DNA of 45,709 nucleotides from contig JAZUOJ010000119.1 of NCBI GenBank assembly GCA_045604625.1, forward strand, positions 1-45,709, given 5' to 3'. Every line of letters starts with the position of its first letter. Position 1 is the stretch's first letter. Under the pieces are notes generated by a model, which saw only the letters and a list, made by a program, of their open reading frames with translations, had not been told where the DNA came from and did not search any database. The DNA is from Acutalibacteraceae bacterium (GTDB lineage: Bacteria > Bacillota > Clostridia > Oscillospirales > Acutalibacteraceae). The position numbers and the translations under genes are program-made. Shown here piece by piece: positions 45,365-45,709 of the stretch.

Positions 45365-45709
45365 ACGTCAATCTCTATTTTATTACCAAGATGTTCGTAC
45401 TGACGGTATTTTATGCCGGCAGCATCGAACATCTTTTTTGATGCCTCAACGCCGTCTGTTCCGTCATACTTGTTGTCGGCATATATAAGCTCTTTTATGC
45501 CGGTTTGGATAATTGCCTTTGCGCACTCGTTACACGGGAAAAGCGTAACGTAAAGACGGCTTCCCTTAAGGCAGGTGCCGCTGTAGTTTAAAATCGCATT
45601 AAGCTCAGCGTGGCAGACATACATATACTTTGTGTCAAGAGGTGCACCGTCGCGGTCCCAAGGGAAATCATCGTCGCTGCAGCAATGAGGCATACCGTTA
45701 TAGCCAACC
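45361..45709 (-). CDS. deoxycytidylate (dCMP) deaminase, N-terminus outside window
   Basis: ..CHAELNAI.. and ..PCNECAKAI.. zinc motifs. The reading frame stays open upstream of the track ATG (..VGYNGMPH..) to the window edge. Confidence 0.85.
   Translation of the reverse strand, partial: VGYNGMPHCCSDDDFPWDRDGAPLDTKYMYVCHAELNAILNYSGTCLKGSRLYVTLFPCNECAKAIIQTGIKELIYADNKYDGTDGVEASKKMFDAAGIKYRQYEHLGNKIEIDV

Noticed and set aside
1-45709. CRISPR arrays, IS elements, prophage or integrative-element boundaries next to the tRNAs
   Set aside because: I saw no repeat-spacer periodicity, no transposase, integrase or recombinase ORFs, and no direct repeat of the tRNA 3' end. Gene content is core housekeeping plus sporulation throughout.

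Overview
This is a densely packed, mostly minus-strand core-chromosome segment from an endospore-forming Firmicute (Clostridia-like). I found no transposase, integrase, phage gene or CRISPR array. Content in order:

- **1-5160:** two abutting tRNAs (Trp-CCA, truncated at the window edge, and a CAT-anticodon tRNA), mgtE, a stand-alone spoVAD, a FliB-like lysine methylase and a CofE-like ligase-domain protein.
- **5160-9679:** an AraC-linked sugar locus with an arabinose/fucose-isomerase-family gene and an unclassifiable 704-aa protein.
- **9699-12852:** pflB-pflA, preceded by a consensus sigmaA promoter, a ZTP (pfl-motif) riboswitch and a terminator.
- **12865-22417:** a stand-alone spoVAC diverging from a 20-cysteine protein plus a MecA-like adaptor, then rpe, degV, a YesL/membrane-protein pair, murC, cca and dpaA-dpaB.
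- **22448-29162:** addA-addB and bofA.
- **29300-34849:** a long co-directional array of an M50 protease, scpA, scpB, ytfI, ytfJ, dacB, rluB, orf120 and secG.
- **34965-40032:** dgt-dnaG-rpoD, extended by an Rrf2 regulator, a TIGR03905 4-Cys protein and an unknown ORF.
- **40089-45709:** yigZ, rpmE, spoIIR, a YgjV-like membrane domain fused in frame to ispE, engB, radC, an RluA-family synthase and a partial dCMP deaminase.

The observations most worth a second look:

1. The ZTP riboswitch, which the ORF track cannot show.
2. A 1-nt frameshift that splits rluB.
3. The YgjV-IspE fusion, whose junction lies on an A7 homopolymer next to an out-of-frame ATG.
4. The cysteine-rich putative spore-surface protein with a sigmaK-like promoter.
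5. A sigmaK-like promoter embedded in the terminator hairpin just upstream of dpaA.
6. Unlinked spoVA genes.

I did not find a convincing wholly new multi-gene system. The unknown-function gene pairs are listed as candidates only.
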